A stretch of 64,000 bases of DNA from Xanthomonas sp. 10-10 (GCF_040182365.1 NZ_CP144460.1:4578935-4642934); one strand, 5' to 3'; positions 49,954-59,875 are shown, numbered from the stretch's first letter. Program-made: numbers and translations. The notes: generated by a model from the sequence alone, not told the origin.

Positions 49954-51324
49954 ATGTCGCACCTCACCGGTTTCACCGATCCCGCCGCCGCCGCGCTGCC
50001 GCTGTATGTGCTCGACCGCGAGGGCTTTGCGCGCTGGTGCGCCGAGCAGCCCACGCGGGTGCTGGCGTGGGCGCAGGCGCAGCGCTTCGATGCCGCGCCC
50101 GGTAGCGTGTTGTTGCTGCCCGGCGACCAGGGCCTGGCCGGCGCGATCGTGGGCGTCGGCGACCGCGCCGATGCATATGCCTATGCGCATGCACCGATGG
50201 CGCTGCCGCCAGCCAGCCGCTGGACGCTGGCCAACAGCCTGAGCGACGCCGAACTGGGGTTGCTGCATCTGGGGTGGGGGCTGGGTGCCTATCGCTTCGC
50301 GCGCTACCGCAAGGTGCCGCGCGCACCGGCCGAGTTGGCGGCCACGCCATCGGCCGCCACGCGCGCACTGATTGCTGCGTGCCTGCAGGTGCGCGACTGG
50401 GTCAATACGCCGACTGAAGACATGGGCCCGCAGCAACTGGAAGACGCCACCCGCGCAGTGGCGCAGGCCCACGGCGCGCAGGTGGAGGCGATCGTGGGCG
50501 ATGCGCTGCTGGCGCAGAACTTCCCCACCATCCACGCCGTGGGCCGCGCCTCGCATCGTGCGCCGCGGCTGATCCAGCTGCAGTGGGGCGACGCCGCGCA
50601 TCCGCATCTGGTGCTGGTCGGCAAGGGCGTGTGCTTCGACACCGGCGGGCTGGATCTCAAGCCCGCCGATGGCATGCGCAACATGAAGAAGGATATGGGC
50701 GGCGCGGCGCATGCGTTGGCGCTGGCTGGCCTGGTGATGGCGCAGCAGTTGCCGGTGCGGCTGACCCTGTTGATCGCCGCGGTGGAAAACGCGGTCGGCC
50801 CGGATGCGTTCCGCCCGGGCGAAGTCATCACCACCCGCGCCGGCGTCACGGTGGAAGTGGACAACACCGATGCCGAAGGCCGCCTGGTGCTGTGCGATGC
50901 GCTGAGCTACGCCACCGAACAGCGCCCGGACCTGATCCTGGATTTCGCCACGCTCACCGGTGCCGCACGCATCGCGCTGGGCCCGGATCTGCCAGCCCTG
51001 TTCGCCAACGACGATGCATTGGCACAGGCCTGGATCAGCGCCGGCGAGCAGACCCGCGACCCGGTCTGGCGCATGCCGTTGTGGCGGCCGTACCTGCGCT
51101 ATCTCAACAGCCATGTGGCCGACATGGCCAATGCCGGCTCGCGCATGGCCGGCGCGGTGACCGCGGCGCTGTATCTGGAGCGCTTCGTGGCACCAGGCCA
51201 GCCATGGGCGCATCTGGACGTCTACGCCTGGAACGACAGCGACCGCCCAGGCCGCCCCGCCGGCGGCGAAGCGCTGGCGCTGCGCTCGGCATTTGCGATG
51301 CTGCAGCAACGCTACGGCGGCTGA
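49954..51324 (+). CDS. M17 family leucyl aminopeptidase (PepA/PepB-like)
   Basis: Metal-binding signatures are LVGKGVCFDTGG, NTDAEGRL and the M17 C-terminal domain. Confidence 0.85.
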   Translation: MSHLTGFTDPAAAALPLYVLDREGFARWCAEQPTRVLAWAQAQRFDAAPGSVLLLPGDQGLAGAIVGVGDRADAYAYAHAPMALPPASRWTLANSLSDAELGLLHLGWGLGAYRFARYRKVPRAPAELAATPSAATRALIAACLQVRDWVNTPTEDMGPQQLEDATRAVAQAHGAQVEAIVGDALLAQNFPTIHAVGRASHRAPRLIQLQWGDAAHPHLVLVGKGVCFDTGGLDLKPADGMRNMKKDMGGAAHALALAGLVMAQQLPVRLTLLIAAVENAVGPDAFRPGEVITTRAGVTVEVDNTDAEGRLVLCDALSYATEQRPDLILDFATLTGAARIALGPDLPALFANDDALAQAWISAGEQTRDPVWRMPLWRPYLRYLNSHVADMANAGSRMAGAVTAALYLERFVAPGQPWAHLDVYAWNDSDRPGRPAGGEALALRSAFAMLQQRYGG

Positions 51325-51341
51325 GCGGCATCGGCCGGGAA

Positions 51342-51701
51342 ATGAAACGCGCCTTTCTCGCACTGACGATAGCGACGTTTTCGTTTCTCTTGCATGCCGA
51401 GACGCCGCGTTCGAACGCGTGGCGGGAAAACCTGCACCTCCTCGGCGAGAATGGCGGAAGTCGGTCGCGGTTGGTTGATCTTCTTGGTACCCCTGCCATC
51501 ACACAACAGCTGCTTGTCAGCAACCCGACTACCTATCTCAAGGGCGGCCCAACGCACTGCGTTGCGGTCTCCAAAGGGCAAACGCTTCAAGCGTGGTATT
51601 ACCCGATCGACGACGCGGGCTATTGGGTGATGCTGAAGGACGGCATGATCCAGTGCATTGCCTTTGAGCCGGCACACTCCGCTCCCTTACTGCCGCCTTG
51701 A
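51342..51701 (+). CDS. Hypothetical secreted protein (119 aa)
   Basis: The signal peptide is MKRAFLALTIATFSFLLHA. It sits in a lower-GC patch. Confidence 0.45.
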   Translation: MKRAFLALTIATFSFLLHAETPRSNAWRENLHLLGENGGSRSRLVDLLGTPAITQQLLVSNPTTYLKGGPTHCVAVSKGQTLQAWYYPIDDAGYWVMLKDGMIQCIAFEPAHSAPLLPP

Positions 51702-51786
51702 TCCGGACATCGGCAGCAAGACCCGCCTCGGCGGCGACTGACTCCTTGCTGGTCGCTGGCGATGTAGCAGGCGTTCCCACCAGCCA

Positions 51787-52545
51787 CTACCCCGGCGAGC
51801 GCAACAACGGCGCAATCGTGCGCATGCGTGTCTGGGTGGCCGGGCCGACCAAGGCAAATGCGGTTTCGCCTTCAGCCCAGTACTGCGCCAACAGCCGGCC
51901 ATCGCGACGTTCGCCAGTCGGCATCGGCCCGCTGCGTGGACGCAGATACAGACCAATGCGCGCGCCGTCGGCATCGCTATACACCAGCATCGCGGCCGCG
52001 CCTTCCGGTGTGGAAAGCAACTGCCCCCCATGCAGCGTATAGCCCTGCGCACGCAGATCCGGCACGGCGCCGGCGCGGCCGAAATGCGCGCGTAACCACG
52101 GCTCCAGCTCGCTGCGGCGCCGCACGTCCAATGCCACGCCCTGATGCGCACCAACTTCGGCATCGGCAAACAGGCGATACGCGGCCACGGCATCGGCCAT
52201 CGGAACACGCTGGCTGGCCAATTGGCGCTCACGCAGCTGCCAGCCCAGCCCGGTGCCCAGACCCAGCGCCAAGACGCAGCTGGCTGCCACACCGGCGATG
52301 GTGCGCCGTCGCTGCTGCAGGCGGCGACGCACGGCTGCCGGTGTCACCAAGGCAGTGGACTCAACCAGCTGCGGACCTGCATAGGCCGCGCGCAATGCCT
52401 CGGCGTCACGCTTCCAGCCGGCCACGCGTGAGGCGGTGTCGGGATGCGCCTGCAACCAGGCCGACACCCAGGCGCGCGCATCGGCGTCCAGGCGACCATC
52501 GACGTAGGCGTGCAGATCATGCTCGGTGGGCGTCGGGCGCGTCAT
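51787..52545 (-). CDS. Anti-sigma factor (zinc-finger/ChrR-RsrA-like N-terminus, TM segment, periplasmic domain)
   Basis: The N-terminal motif is HDLHAYVDGRLD. It has a single TM segment and its start overlaps the sigma gene stop (ATGA). Confidence 0.75.
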   Translation of the reverse strand: MTRPTPTEHDLHAYVDGRLDADARAWVSAWLQAHPDTASRVAGWKRDAEALRAAYAGPQLVESTALVTPAAVRRRLQQRRRTIAGVAASCVLALGLGTGLGWQLRERQLASQRVPMADAVAAYRLFADAEVGAHQGVALDVRRRSELEPWLRAHFGRAGAVPDLRAQGYTLHGGQLLSTPEGAAAMLVYSDADGARIGLYLRPRSGPMPTGERRDGRLLAQYWAEGETAFALVGPATQTRMRTIAPLLRSPG

Positions 52546-53072
52546 TTCAGGATCCTCAACGCCGGTTCCGGCGAGACGGTCTTCGGTGCCGTCGCACCTT
52601 CATTGAGCAGCCGCAGGCGGTCGCGGGCCCGCGACAGACGCGACATCACCGTGCCGATCGGGATGCCGAGGGTATCGGCCACCTCGCGGTAACTGAAACC
52701 CTCCACGCTGACCAGCAACAGCAGTGCGCGTTGCTCCGGTGGCAACTGGCCAAGGCTGGCGAGTAAGGTCCTGCCAGCATGCACCCGTTCGGCGGAGGCG
52801 GATTGGCTCTCCTGTTGCGCCGAGAACAGGCCAAGCACGCGTTGCCAGCGCGCGGCACGCCGCTTTCCGTCTAGGAACTGCCGGTACAGGATGGCGAACA
52901 GCCAGGGCTGCAAGGCATCGCTGGTATGGCGGGTGCGCCAGCGGCGTAGTGCGCGCTCCAGGGTGGCCTGCACGAGATCGTCGGCAGCGGCCGGTTCGCC
53001 GGCGAGCGAACGCGCAAAACGCCGCAACGGGGGCAGCACCGCCTGTAGCTGGGTGTCGTCGAGCTCATGCAT
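52542..53072 (-). CDS. ECF-family RNA polymerase sigma factor (sigma-70 regions 2 and 4)
   Basis: Region 2 reads DLVQATLERALRRW...WLFAILYRQFLD. Region 4 reads FSYREVADTLGIPIGTVMSRLSRAR. The start is taken at MHELDD because the autoregulatory promoter overlaps the upstream ATGs. Confidence 0.8.
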   Translation of the reverse strand: MHELDDTQLQAVLPPLRRFARSLAGEPAAADDLVQATLERALRRWRTRHTSDALQPWLFAILYRQFLDGKRRAARWQRVLGLFSAQQESQSASAERVHAGRTLLASLGQLPPEQRALLLLVSVEGFSYREVADTLGIPIGTVMSRLSRARDRLRLLNEGATAPKTVSPEPALRILK

Positions 53073-53101
53073 GGGCAGTGGTGGCAGTGGCATCACGATA
53101 T

Positions 53102-53127
53102 GGACGCGCCGGGAGGAGGATTATTCC
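53102..53127 (-). promoter_or_regulatory. ECF-type promoter GGAAT-N16-CGTCC for the sigma/anti-sigma operon
   Basis: The minus strand reads GGAATaatcctcctcccggcgCGTCC. It mirrors the divergent promoter on the plus strand. Confidence 0.5.
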
Positions 53128-53166
53128 CTGCCTGCAGCGAACGTCTCGCACCGCATGCACGGTCGT

Positions 53167-53192
53167 GGAATAGATGGGTCTACGCGCCGTCT
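53167..53192 (+). promoter_or_regulatory. ECF-type promoter GGAAT-N16-CGTCT for the catalase-related/cyt b561 operon
   Basis: GGAATagatgggtctacgcgcCGTCT lies ~30 nt upstream of the ATG at 53221. Confidence 0.5.
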
Positions 53193-53220
53193 CACTCCAT
53201 CCATCCACTCGGAGCCAGCC

Positions 53221-54312
53221 ATGACGTTGCCACCTCCCTCCCCCGGACACACGCGCCGCCCGGTGCTCCCGTTGCTGGGCATTGCTGCCATCGCCGGTGG
53301 GATCGCCATCGCGTTTGCCTGGACCGCCGGCTGGATCGGCGGCGACCGGCTCACCGCCGCGCGCATGACCGATACCATCGAATCCAGCGGGCCGCCGCAT
53401 CCGGGCTTTCGGCGTGCGCATACCAAGGGCGTGTGCGTGAGCGGGCAATTCCAGTCCAGCGGCAAGGCGAGCTGGCTGTCGTCGGCGCGCATCTTCAGCC
53501 AGGCCAGCACGCCGGTGCTGGGGCGCATGTCGATCGGCGGCGGCGACCCGCATGGCGCCGATGGCGCGGCGCGCGTGCGCAGCATGGCGCTGCTGTTGCG
53601 CAGCGACGACGGGCAGGAATGGCGCACCGCCATGAACAGCTTTCCGTTCTTCGTGGTGGCCACGCCGGCCGGCTTCCAGGCCCTGAATGTGGCCTCCAAG
53701 CCGGACCCGGCCACTGGCAAACCGGATCCGGAAAAACTGGCCGCCTTCGGCAAGCAATATCCAGAGGCCGCCAAGTTCCAGCAGTGGGCCAAGACCGCAC
53801 CGTGGTCGGATAGCTGGGCCAACACGCAGTACAACGGCGTCAATGCGTTCCGCGCGATCGCAGCGGATGGGCGCGAGCGCTACATCCGTTGGTCGATGCG
53901 CCCGCATACGCCGTTCAAGGAATTGAGCGCCGAGCAACGCAAGCAGGCCGATGGCGATTTTCTCGCCACCGACCTGGATGCGCGGCTGGCGCAGGGGCCG
54001 TTGCGCTGGGACATGGTGTTGACCGTGGCCGAACCCGGCGATGCGGTGGATGATCCCTCGCAGCCGTGGCCGGAGAGCCGCAAGCAGATCGTGGCCGGGA
54101 CGCTGACCCTGAATCATGCGCAACCGCAGGCCAACGGGCCGTGCCGCGATCTGAACTACGATCCGCTGATCCTGCCCAAGGGCCTTGCCGCCTCCAACGA
54201 CCCGATCCTGGCCGCGCGCTCGTCGGTGTATTCGCAGTCGTTCAACCGCCGCGAGCGCGAGATCGCCAGCGGCAAGGGCAGTGCCGCCACCGGCCAGGGA
54301 GCCCATCAATGA
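53221..54312 (+). CDS. Catalase-related peroxidase (mini-catalase/SrpA-like haem protein)
   Basis: The N-terminal TM/signal segment is followed by the catalase core fragments RRAHTKGVCVSGQF and the NSFPFFVV pattern. GGAG SD is present. Confidence 0.7.
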   Translation: MTLPPPSPGHTRRPVLPLLGIAAIAGGIAIAFAWTAGWIGGDRLTAARMTDTIESSGPPHPGFRRAHTKGVCVSGQFQSSGKASWLSSARIFSQASTPVLGRMSIGGGDPHGADGAARVRSMALLLRSDDGQEWRTAMNSFPFFVVATPAGFQALNVASKPDPATGKPDPEKLAAFGKQYPEAAKFQQWAKTAPWSDSWANTQYNGVNAFRAIAADGRERYIRWSMRPHTPFKELSAEQRKQADGDFLATDLDARLAQGPLRWDMVLTVAEPGDAVDDPSQPWPESRKQIVAGTLTLNHAQPQANGPCRDLNYDPLILPKGLAASNDPILAARSSVYSQSFNRREREIASGKGSAATGQGAHQ

Positions 54313-54851
54313 GCCGTCCGACGCACTTCAACCTGCCCGCGCGCGTGCTGCATTGGCTGATGGCCGCGATGATCCTGACCATGCTGTTCGTCGGTGTCGG
54401 CATGGTCGCCTCGGTGACGCAACGGCCGTGGTTGATCGATCTGCATCGCCCGTTGGGTATCGCGATCCTGGTCCTGGCGGTGCTGCGCCTGATCAACCGC
54501 CTGCGCCATCGGCCGCCGGCACTGCCTGCGGATTTGCCTGCCTGGCAGAAGGCCGCCGCGATCGCCTCGCACTGGCTGTTGTATGCGTTGATGCTGGGCA
54601 TGCCGTTGATCGGCTGGGCGATGCTGTCGGCCGGTGGCTACCCGATCGTGCTGTGGCCCGGCGCGAACCTGCCGGCGATCGCTCCGCACGACCCGGCGCT
54701 GTATGCGTGGCTACGCACGGCGCATGGCTGGCTGGCGTATCTGCTGTTCGCCACCGTGCTGGGGCATCTGAGCGCGGCGCTGTTCCATGCGTGGGTGCGC
54801 CGCGACGGCGTGTTTTCGAGCATGGCGCGTGGGGAGCGGTCTGCGCGTTGA
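54309..54851 (+). CDS. Cytochrome b561 family protein (CybB-like)
   Basis: It has four TM helices with conserved His residues (LHWLMA, HRPLG, HWLLY, HGWLAY). The ATG overlaps the upstream TGA. Confidence 0.8.
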   Translation: MSRPTHFNLPARVLHWLMAAMILTMLFVGVGMVASVTQRPWLIDLHRPLGIAILVLAVLRLINRLRHRPPALPADLPAWQKAAAIASHWLLYALMLGMPLIGWAMLSAGGYPIVLWPGANLPAIAPHDPALYAWLRTAHGWLAYLLFATVLGHLSAALFHAWVRRDGVFSSMARGERSAR

Positions 54852-54929
54852 CAGGGTTTAGGTTGATCGTGGATTGACGGAGAGCTGCGAGAGATCGGCA
54901 GATGGTCCACTGCATTCAGCGGCAGCGCC

Positions 54930-55110
54930 AAATTCCCTCCTCCCGCCGGGAGAAGGTGCCCCACGGGGCGGATGAGGGGAGGGGCGGAGCCTATTGCGGT
55001 TGGAGCCACACGCGTGGCTTCGCCCCGTCCACTCGCCCCACCCCCTCTCCCGTGGGAGAGGGGCTTTATCACGCTCGGCACTTCGGTTGGCAGAGAGCTG
55101 CGCAACCCAG
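54930..55110. repeat. Cluster of REP-like palindromes
   Basis: CCTCCTCCC-GCC-GGGAGAAGG, GCCACACGCGTGGC and CCCCTCTCCC-GTG-GGAGAGGGG all occur within 180 bp between convergent genes. Confidence 0.65.
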
Positions 55111-55176
55111 CCTTGCGCTTCGCATTGACGCAGCGCGGCTCGGTTTCGTCCTGCATGTATGCAAGAGCGCGGTGGT

Positions 55177-55965
55177 TCAGCGGGCGCGTTTTGCTTTTGT
55201 CGCAGATTCCGGCGCTGCGATGCCCTTGCCGGTCGCTGCCCAGTAAATCCCGCCGTACAGATGCTCCAGATAGCGCGGGTCGTTGTACGCCTCGGCCAGA
55301 TGACCAAGCGCCGTTGCGAAGACACGGCCGCCTTCGAAATGGTGGTACCACGCCACCGGGTGGTGTTTGCCCATGCCCTTGGCGACCTGGCCCGGCCAGA
55401 TCAGCGTTGGGTCGTAGCTGGTTTCATCCACCGTCAGCAGCGTGACCAGATCGTCGCTGTAGGGCGGGTCGTATTCGTACCACTCGTCGCTCCACACCCA
55501 GCGCTTGGGCAGGCCCGCGGTGGCGGGGAAATTGGCCTCTACCACGTCCACCATCGCGGTCTGCATGTACGGATGGGTGCGGAACGAGCGGCCGATCAGA
55601 TGGTCGTACCACTCCCACTCGCCGCGCCTGATCGCAAATGCCTTGTGCACCAACACCACGCCGCCGCCGTTGCGCACGTATTTCTGGAAGTTGGCCCGCT
55701 GGGCAGGATCCAGATCGGTGGCCGGCGTATTGAGCAGCACGATGGCTGCGTATTGCGAGAGGTCGCCATCGAAGGCCTTGGCATTCCATGCCCACACCAT
55801 CTCGACGTAATGCTTGCGCGCCATCGCCTCGAACTGCGGTTTGGCCACCGGGATGTAATCGTGGTGGTACTGGTTGGGGATAGCCGCCACCAGAATCTTG
55901 AATTGCTCGGCCGATGCATTGAATGCGCAGATCAGCAGCAAGCCCAACAGCCACACAGGTTTCAT
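55177..55965 (-). CDS. ThuA-family protein (class-I glutamine amidotransferase-like fold; trehalose-utilisation associated)
   Basis: The signal peptide is MKPVWLLGLLLICAFNASA. ThuA motifs are VLLNTPA and VLVHKAF. Confidence 0.65.
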   Translation of the reverse strand: MKPVWLLGLLLICAFNASAEQFKILVAAIPNQYHHDYIPVAKPQFEAMARKHYVEMVWAWNAKAFDGDLSQYAAIVLLNTPATDLDPAQRANFQKYVRNGGGVVLVHKAFAIRRGEWEWYDHLIGRSFRTHPYMQTAMVDVVEANFPATAGLPKRWVWSDEWYEYDPPYSDDLVTLLTVDETSYDPTLIWPGQVAKGMGKHHPVAWYHHFEGGRVFATALGHLAEAYNDPRYLEHLYGGIYWAATGKGIAAPESATKAKRAR

Positions 55966-56318
55966 GCAGTTACTCGTGTTGGTGACGATCGCCGGGCAGT
56001 GTACCTGCGCGGCGACGGCATGCCTTCGCACGCATTTGGAATAGCTGTGATTCGCGCCAGAGCGCATGGGCGATGCAGGCGGCTGCGTATCGACGCGATC
56101 GCAAAGCACGCACTGCGTGCAACGTCGCAGTGCGCTTGCTTACACGATGCCGCACACACGCGCACCAGATGCATGGCTGCAGTGCGGCGACCGGCCGCTC
56201 GCAGGATCTCTGCCGATTCACCGCCCTGGCCGCGTTCGCTCTGCGCTCAGCAGCACTGTGCCGATGCCGCAAGCTAAACACGCCGATGGCGATCACGTAC
56301 TGCGGCGTCCACCAGCAG

Positions 56319-56921
56319 CTACAACCAGCCTTTCTGCCTTGCCAACCGATACGCTTCGATGCGATTGGCAACGCCCAACTTGCCGATGCACTCGGACAGG
56401 TAATTGCGTACGGTGCCATGCGAGAGCTGCAGCTGCTGTGCGATCTCGCTGGCCGAGCGGCCTTCGCCGGCCAGCCGCAGCACGGTGCGTTCGCGCTCGC
56501 TCAACGGGTCGGCTTCCACCCAGGCATCCATCGCCAGTTGCGGGTCGATCACCCGGCCGCCCCGGTGCACCTGGCGCAGCGCACTGACCAACTGTTCGGC
56601 CGGCGCGTCCTTGAGCAGATAGCCGGCTACGCCGGCCTCCAGCGCGCGGCGCAGGAATCCTGGCCGGGCAAAGGTAGTGACGATCATCACCCGCACCGGC
56701 AGCGCCTGACGCTGGATGCGCTGCGCCAGTTCCAGGCCGCTCAACCCGGGCATCTCGATATCGGTGACCAGCACATCCGGCTGCAACCGCTGCAGCTCGC
56801 GCCAGGCGGCTTCGCCATCGCCGGCGCTGCCGACCACGTCGATGTCCTCTTCCAGCCCCAGCAGGGCCACCAGGGCGCCGCGCAGCAGCGCCTGGTCTTC
56901 GGCCAACAACACCCGGATCAT
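56319..56921 (-). CDS. NarL/FixJ-family response regulator (LuxR-type HTH)
   Basis: The receiver domain reads VLLAEDQ...D. The C-terminal HTH reads LSERERTVLRLAGEGRSASEIAQQLQLSHGTVRNYL. Confidence 0.85.
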   Translation of the reverse strand: MIRVLLAEDQALLRGALVALLGLEEDIDVVGSAGDGEAAWRELQRLQPDVLVTDIEMPGLSGLELAQRIQRQALPVRVMIVTTFARPGFLRRALEAGVAGYLLKDAPAEQLVSALRQVHRGGRVIDPQLAMDAWVEADPLSERERTVLRLAGEGRSASEIAQQLQLSHGTVRNYLSECIGKLGVANRIEAYRLARQKGWL

Positions 56922-57009
56922 CGCGCGCGCTCGTCTGTGTGCAACGGCTGAGCACGATAACAGCGCTGACGCATGACGTGCATGGCAGCGCTGCGCCAGC
57001 CAGGAGCGA

Positions 57010-58197
57010 TCAGCGCGGTTGCGGCATCAGCGGCGCGGACAGCGGCGGACTTGCCGGCTCCGACGCGGACTGCGGCAATGGCACGCTGGCGCGCAGGCGC
57101 ATGCCGCGCGGCAAGGCCTCCACCTCCAACGCACCGCCCACGCTCTGCACGCGTGCGCGCATGCCGTCCAGGCCGTTGCCGGGCACGATCACCCCACCGC
57201 GTCCGTCGTCGGTGATTTCCAGCAATGCGTGTTGGCCATGGGCACGCAGGCTCACCCGCACGCGCCGTGCCTGTGCGTGACGCTGCACGTTGGTGGCCGC
57301 CTCGCGCACCACCAGCGCCAACGCAGTTTCGTGCTCGGGCGGCAGTGGCAGCGGCTCCAATGTGTGCTCCAGCGCGATGCCGTCCATGTCCAGCAGCACC
57401 CTGGCCGATGCCAGCTCGGCCACCAGCCCGGCGGCGCGGATGCCGGTGACCGCACGCCGCACCTGCGCCAGTGCATCGCGAGAGATCTGCGCCACCGCAT
57501 CGATCTCGTTCCGTGCAGCCTGCGGATCGCGCTCGATCAGGCGCGCGGCCAGGTCGGATTTGAGCGCCACCAGCGACAAGGTGTGGCCCAGCAGGTCGTG
57601 CAGATCGCGGCCGATGCGCTCGCGCTCGGCAGTGGCGGCCAGCCGGCGCACTTCGTCCTGCGATAGCCGCAGCAGCGCATCCTTGCGTTCGTTGATGCTG
57701 TACACCGCGCCCACCGCTGCCATGCCCAGCACCGACACCGGCAACCACACCAGCGATTGCAGGCGCATCCCCAGCCAATGCGCCCAGCCCAGGTAGAGCA
57801 CATTCATCACCACCAATATCGCGAAATGCCGCCACAGCGCATGCCGCGTGGAAGGGCGCAGGCTCAGGCAGGCAAATACGAAGTAGCTGATGCCCGACGC
57901 GTACACCGGCAGCAGCGCGGCGCTGAGCGCCCCCATCGCCCAGGCATAGCGGTACAGCGTGCCGCGCGGCGCCAGCAACATGCGCGCGTACAACAACAGG
58001 AAGACCGGGTACGACAGCAACGTGCACAGCCACCAGGTGCTGTCGTAGCCGCGCGTGGAAAACACCGGCACCACAAACACCCAGGCCGACCACAGCAGAT
58101 GCACCGCATCCATCCACGGCGATTGGCCCTGCGCCAGGCGCGCGGCCACTTGCGAATTTGCGTCCGGACGAAGCCAGGTCGGGAGACTCAGGTGCAT
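57010..58197 (-). CDS. Sensor histidine kinase, HisKA_3/DesK-like (multi-TM sensor)
   Basis: It has ~6 N-terminal TM helices. The H-box is RDLHDLLGHTLS (HisKA_3). The HATPase_c region reads EAATNVQRHA and DDGRG. Confidence 0.8.
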   Translation of the reverse strand: MHLSLPTWLRPDANSQVAARLAQGQSPWMDAVHLLWSAWVFVVPVFSTRGYDSTWWLCTLLSYPVFLLLYARMLLAPRGTLYRYAWAMGALSAALLPVYASGISYFVFACLSLRPSTRHALWRHFAILVVMNVLYLGWAHWLGMRLQSLVWLPVSVLGMAAVGAVYSINERKDALLRLSQDEVRRLAATAERERIGRDLHDLLGHTLSLVALKSDLAARLIERDPQAARNEIDAVAQISRDALAQVRRAVTGIRAAGLVAELASARVLLDMDGIALEHTLEPLPLPPEHETALALVVREAATNVQRHAQARRVRVSLRAHGQHALLEITDDGRGGVIVPGNGLDGMRARVQSVGGALEVEALPRGMRLRASVPLPQSASEPASPPLSAPLMPQPR

Positions 58198-58458
58198 CGG
58201 AATGGATCCGTGGGAGTGAGCGGATTCTGCCACCGCCGCGCTCGCCTGGGCGCGCTCCGTGGCAGGACAGGATGGGTGAGCGGCCTCATGCATGTGGAGT
58301 GAAGCTGGCTGCGGATGGCACGCCTTGCGGCGGCGCGGCAGCCAGCGCATTGATGGTGGAGCGGCACCCGTAACGCAAACGGAGTCGGTAGTCAGGCCTC
58401 GGCGCAAGCATGCTCGCTCGCGCGGGCTACGCACAGTCGCGCCTGTCATGGCATGCAG

Positions 58459-58472
58459 GTGACACCTGTCAC
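58459..58472. promoter_or_regulatory. CRP/Clp-like site GTGACA-cc-TGTCAC (GTGA-N6-TCAC core) in the divergent HK/efflux promoter region
   Basis: It is a perfect 6-bp inverted repeat with the spacing of the TGTGA-N6-TCACA class. It lies 160 bp upstream of the MFP ATG. Confidence 0.4.
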
Positions 58473-58630
58473 TGGTCGCGGCGGCCGGCCAGCCGCATGC
58501 TGCGCAGCACCTTGCAGTTGCACCGTACCGGCTGACCGTTGGTCGCCTCGCTGCAGTTGGTGACTTCCGGCAGCTTGCGGCGCGCCCTGCAGGCGGTCAC
58601 ATTCTGCGCAGCCTTCTGTCCTGGTTATCG

Positions 58631-59875
58631 ATGAACACATCCGCCGATCTGCTCAAGCAACTCCGCATCGACCGCCAGCGTCCTGCCACGCCGCCGCCCG
58701 CGCGCCGCACCGGCTGGATCATTGCCACCATCGTCGTGGTCATCGTGCTGGCTGTGGGCGCATGGTGGTTCACGCGCACACCGGTGCTGAAGGTGCAGAC
58801 CGCGCCGGTGGTGGCGATCAGCGCCGGCAGCAGCAGCGCCTCGGTGCTGGATGCCTCGGGCTATGTGGTGGCGCGCCGCATGGCCACGGTGTCGGCGCAG
58901 GTGACCGGCAAGGTGCGCGAAGTGATGATCGAAGAAGGCATGCGCGTCGAACAGGGCCAGGTGATGGCCACGCTCGACCCATTGGATGCCGATGCGCAGC
59001 GCACGCTGTCTGCATCGCAGTTGTCGGCCGCGCGCAGCCAGGTCGACAACATGCAGGCGCAACTGGCCGTGGCCAATGCCGATGCCACACGCCTGCAATC
59101 GCTGGTGGGTGCGCAACTGGTGTCGCGCTCGCAGTACGAACAGGCCACCGCGCAGCGCGACGCATTGCGCGCGCAGTTGCAGAACGCGCAACGCAACGTG
59201 CAGGTGGCATCGGACCAGTTGGCCATCGCCGGCATCCGCTCGGACTTCAACGTGGTGCGCGCGCCGTTTGCCGGCGTGGTCACCGCCAAGGCGGCGCAAC
59301 CGGGCGAAATCGTCTCGCCACTGTCTGCCGGTGGCGGCTTCACCCGCACCGGCATCGGCACCATCGTGGACATGGAATCGCTGGAAATCGAAGTAGAAGT
59401 GGGAGAGTCGTATATCGGCCGGGTGCAGCCGAAGATGCCCGTGGAAGCGGTGCTCAACGCCTACCCGGAATGGAAGATTCCTGGCGAGGTGATCGCCATC
59501 ATCCCTACCGCAGACCGCGGCAAGGCGACGGTGAAAGTGCGCGTGGCGCTCAAGGTCAAGGACCCGCGCATCGTGCCGGAAATGGGCGTGCGGGTGAGCT
59601 TTCTGGAGCAGGCCAAGCCGCAGGAAGCCGCCAAGCCGCAAGGCGTGCGCGTGCCCGCAGCGGCGCTGGTCGAACGCGATACGCGCACCGTGGCCTTCGT
59701 GGTCGGCGAGCGCAACGCGGTCAGCGAGCGCGCCGTCACCACCGGCATGACCATGGGCGAAGACCGCCAGGTGGTGTCCGGATTGCGTGCCGGCGACAGT
59801 GTGGTGCTCAACCCGCCAACGGCATTGAAGGATGGCGACACCGTGGCCGAAGCGGATGCGGACGCTGCGCAGTAA
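58631..59875 (+). CDS. Efflux transporter periplasmic adaptor subunit (HlyD/MacA family)
   Basis: The N-terminal TM anchor is followed by coiled-coil, lipoyl-like and beta-barrel domains (VRAPFAGVV, IPTADRGKATVKV). Confidence 0.85.
   Translation: MNTSADLLKQLRIDRQRPATPPPARRTGWIIATIVVVIVLAVGAWWFTRTPVLKVQTAPVVAISAGSSSASVLDASGYVVARRMATVSAQVTGKVREVMIEEGMRVEQGQVMATLDPLDADAQRTLSASQLSAARSQVDNMQAQLAVANADATRLQSLVGAQLVSRSQYEQATAQRDALRAQLQNAQRNVQVASDQLAIAGIRSDFNVVRAPFAGVVTAKAAQPGEIVSPLSAGGGFTRTGIGTIVDMESLEIEVEVGESYIGRVQPKMPVEAVLNAYPEWKIPGEVIAIIPTADRGKATVKVRVALKVKDPRIVPEMGVRVSFLEQAKPQEAAKPQGVRVPAAALVERDTRTVAFVVGERNAVSERAVTTGMTMGEDRQVVSGLRAGDSVVLNPPTALKDGDTVAEADADAAQ

Noticed and set aside
53065-54309. 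414-aa minus ORF
   Set aside because: It is antisense to the catalase-related gene.
56073-56951. 292-aa plus ORF
   Set aside because: It is antisense to the NarL-type response regulator gene.
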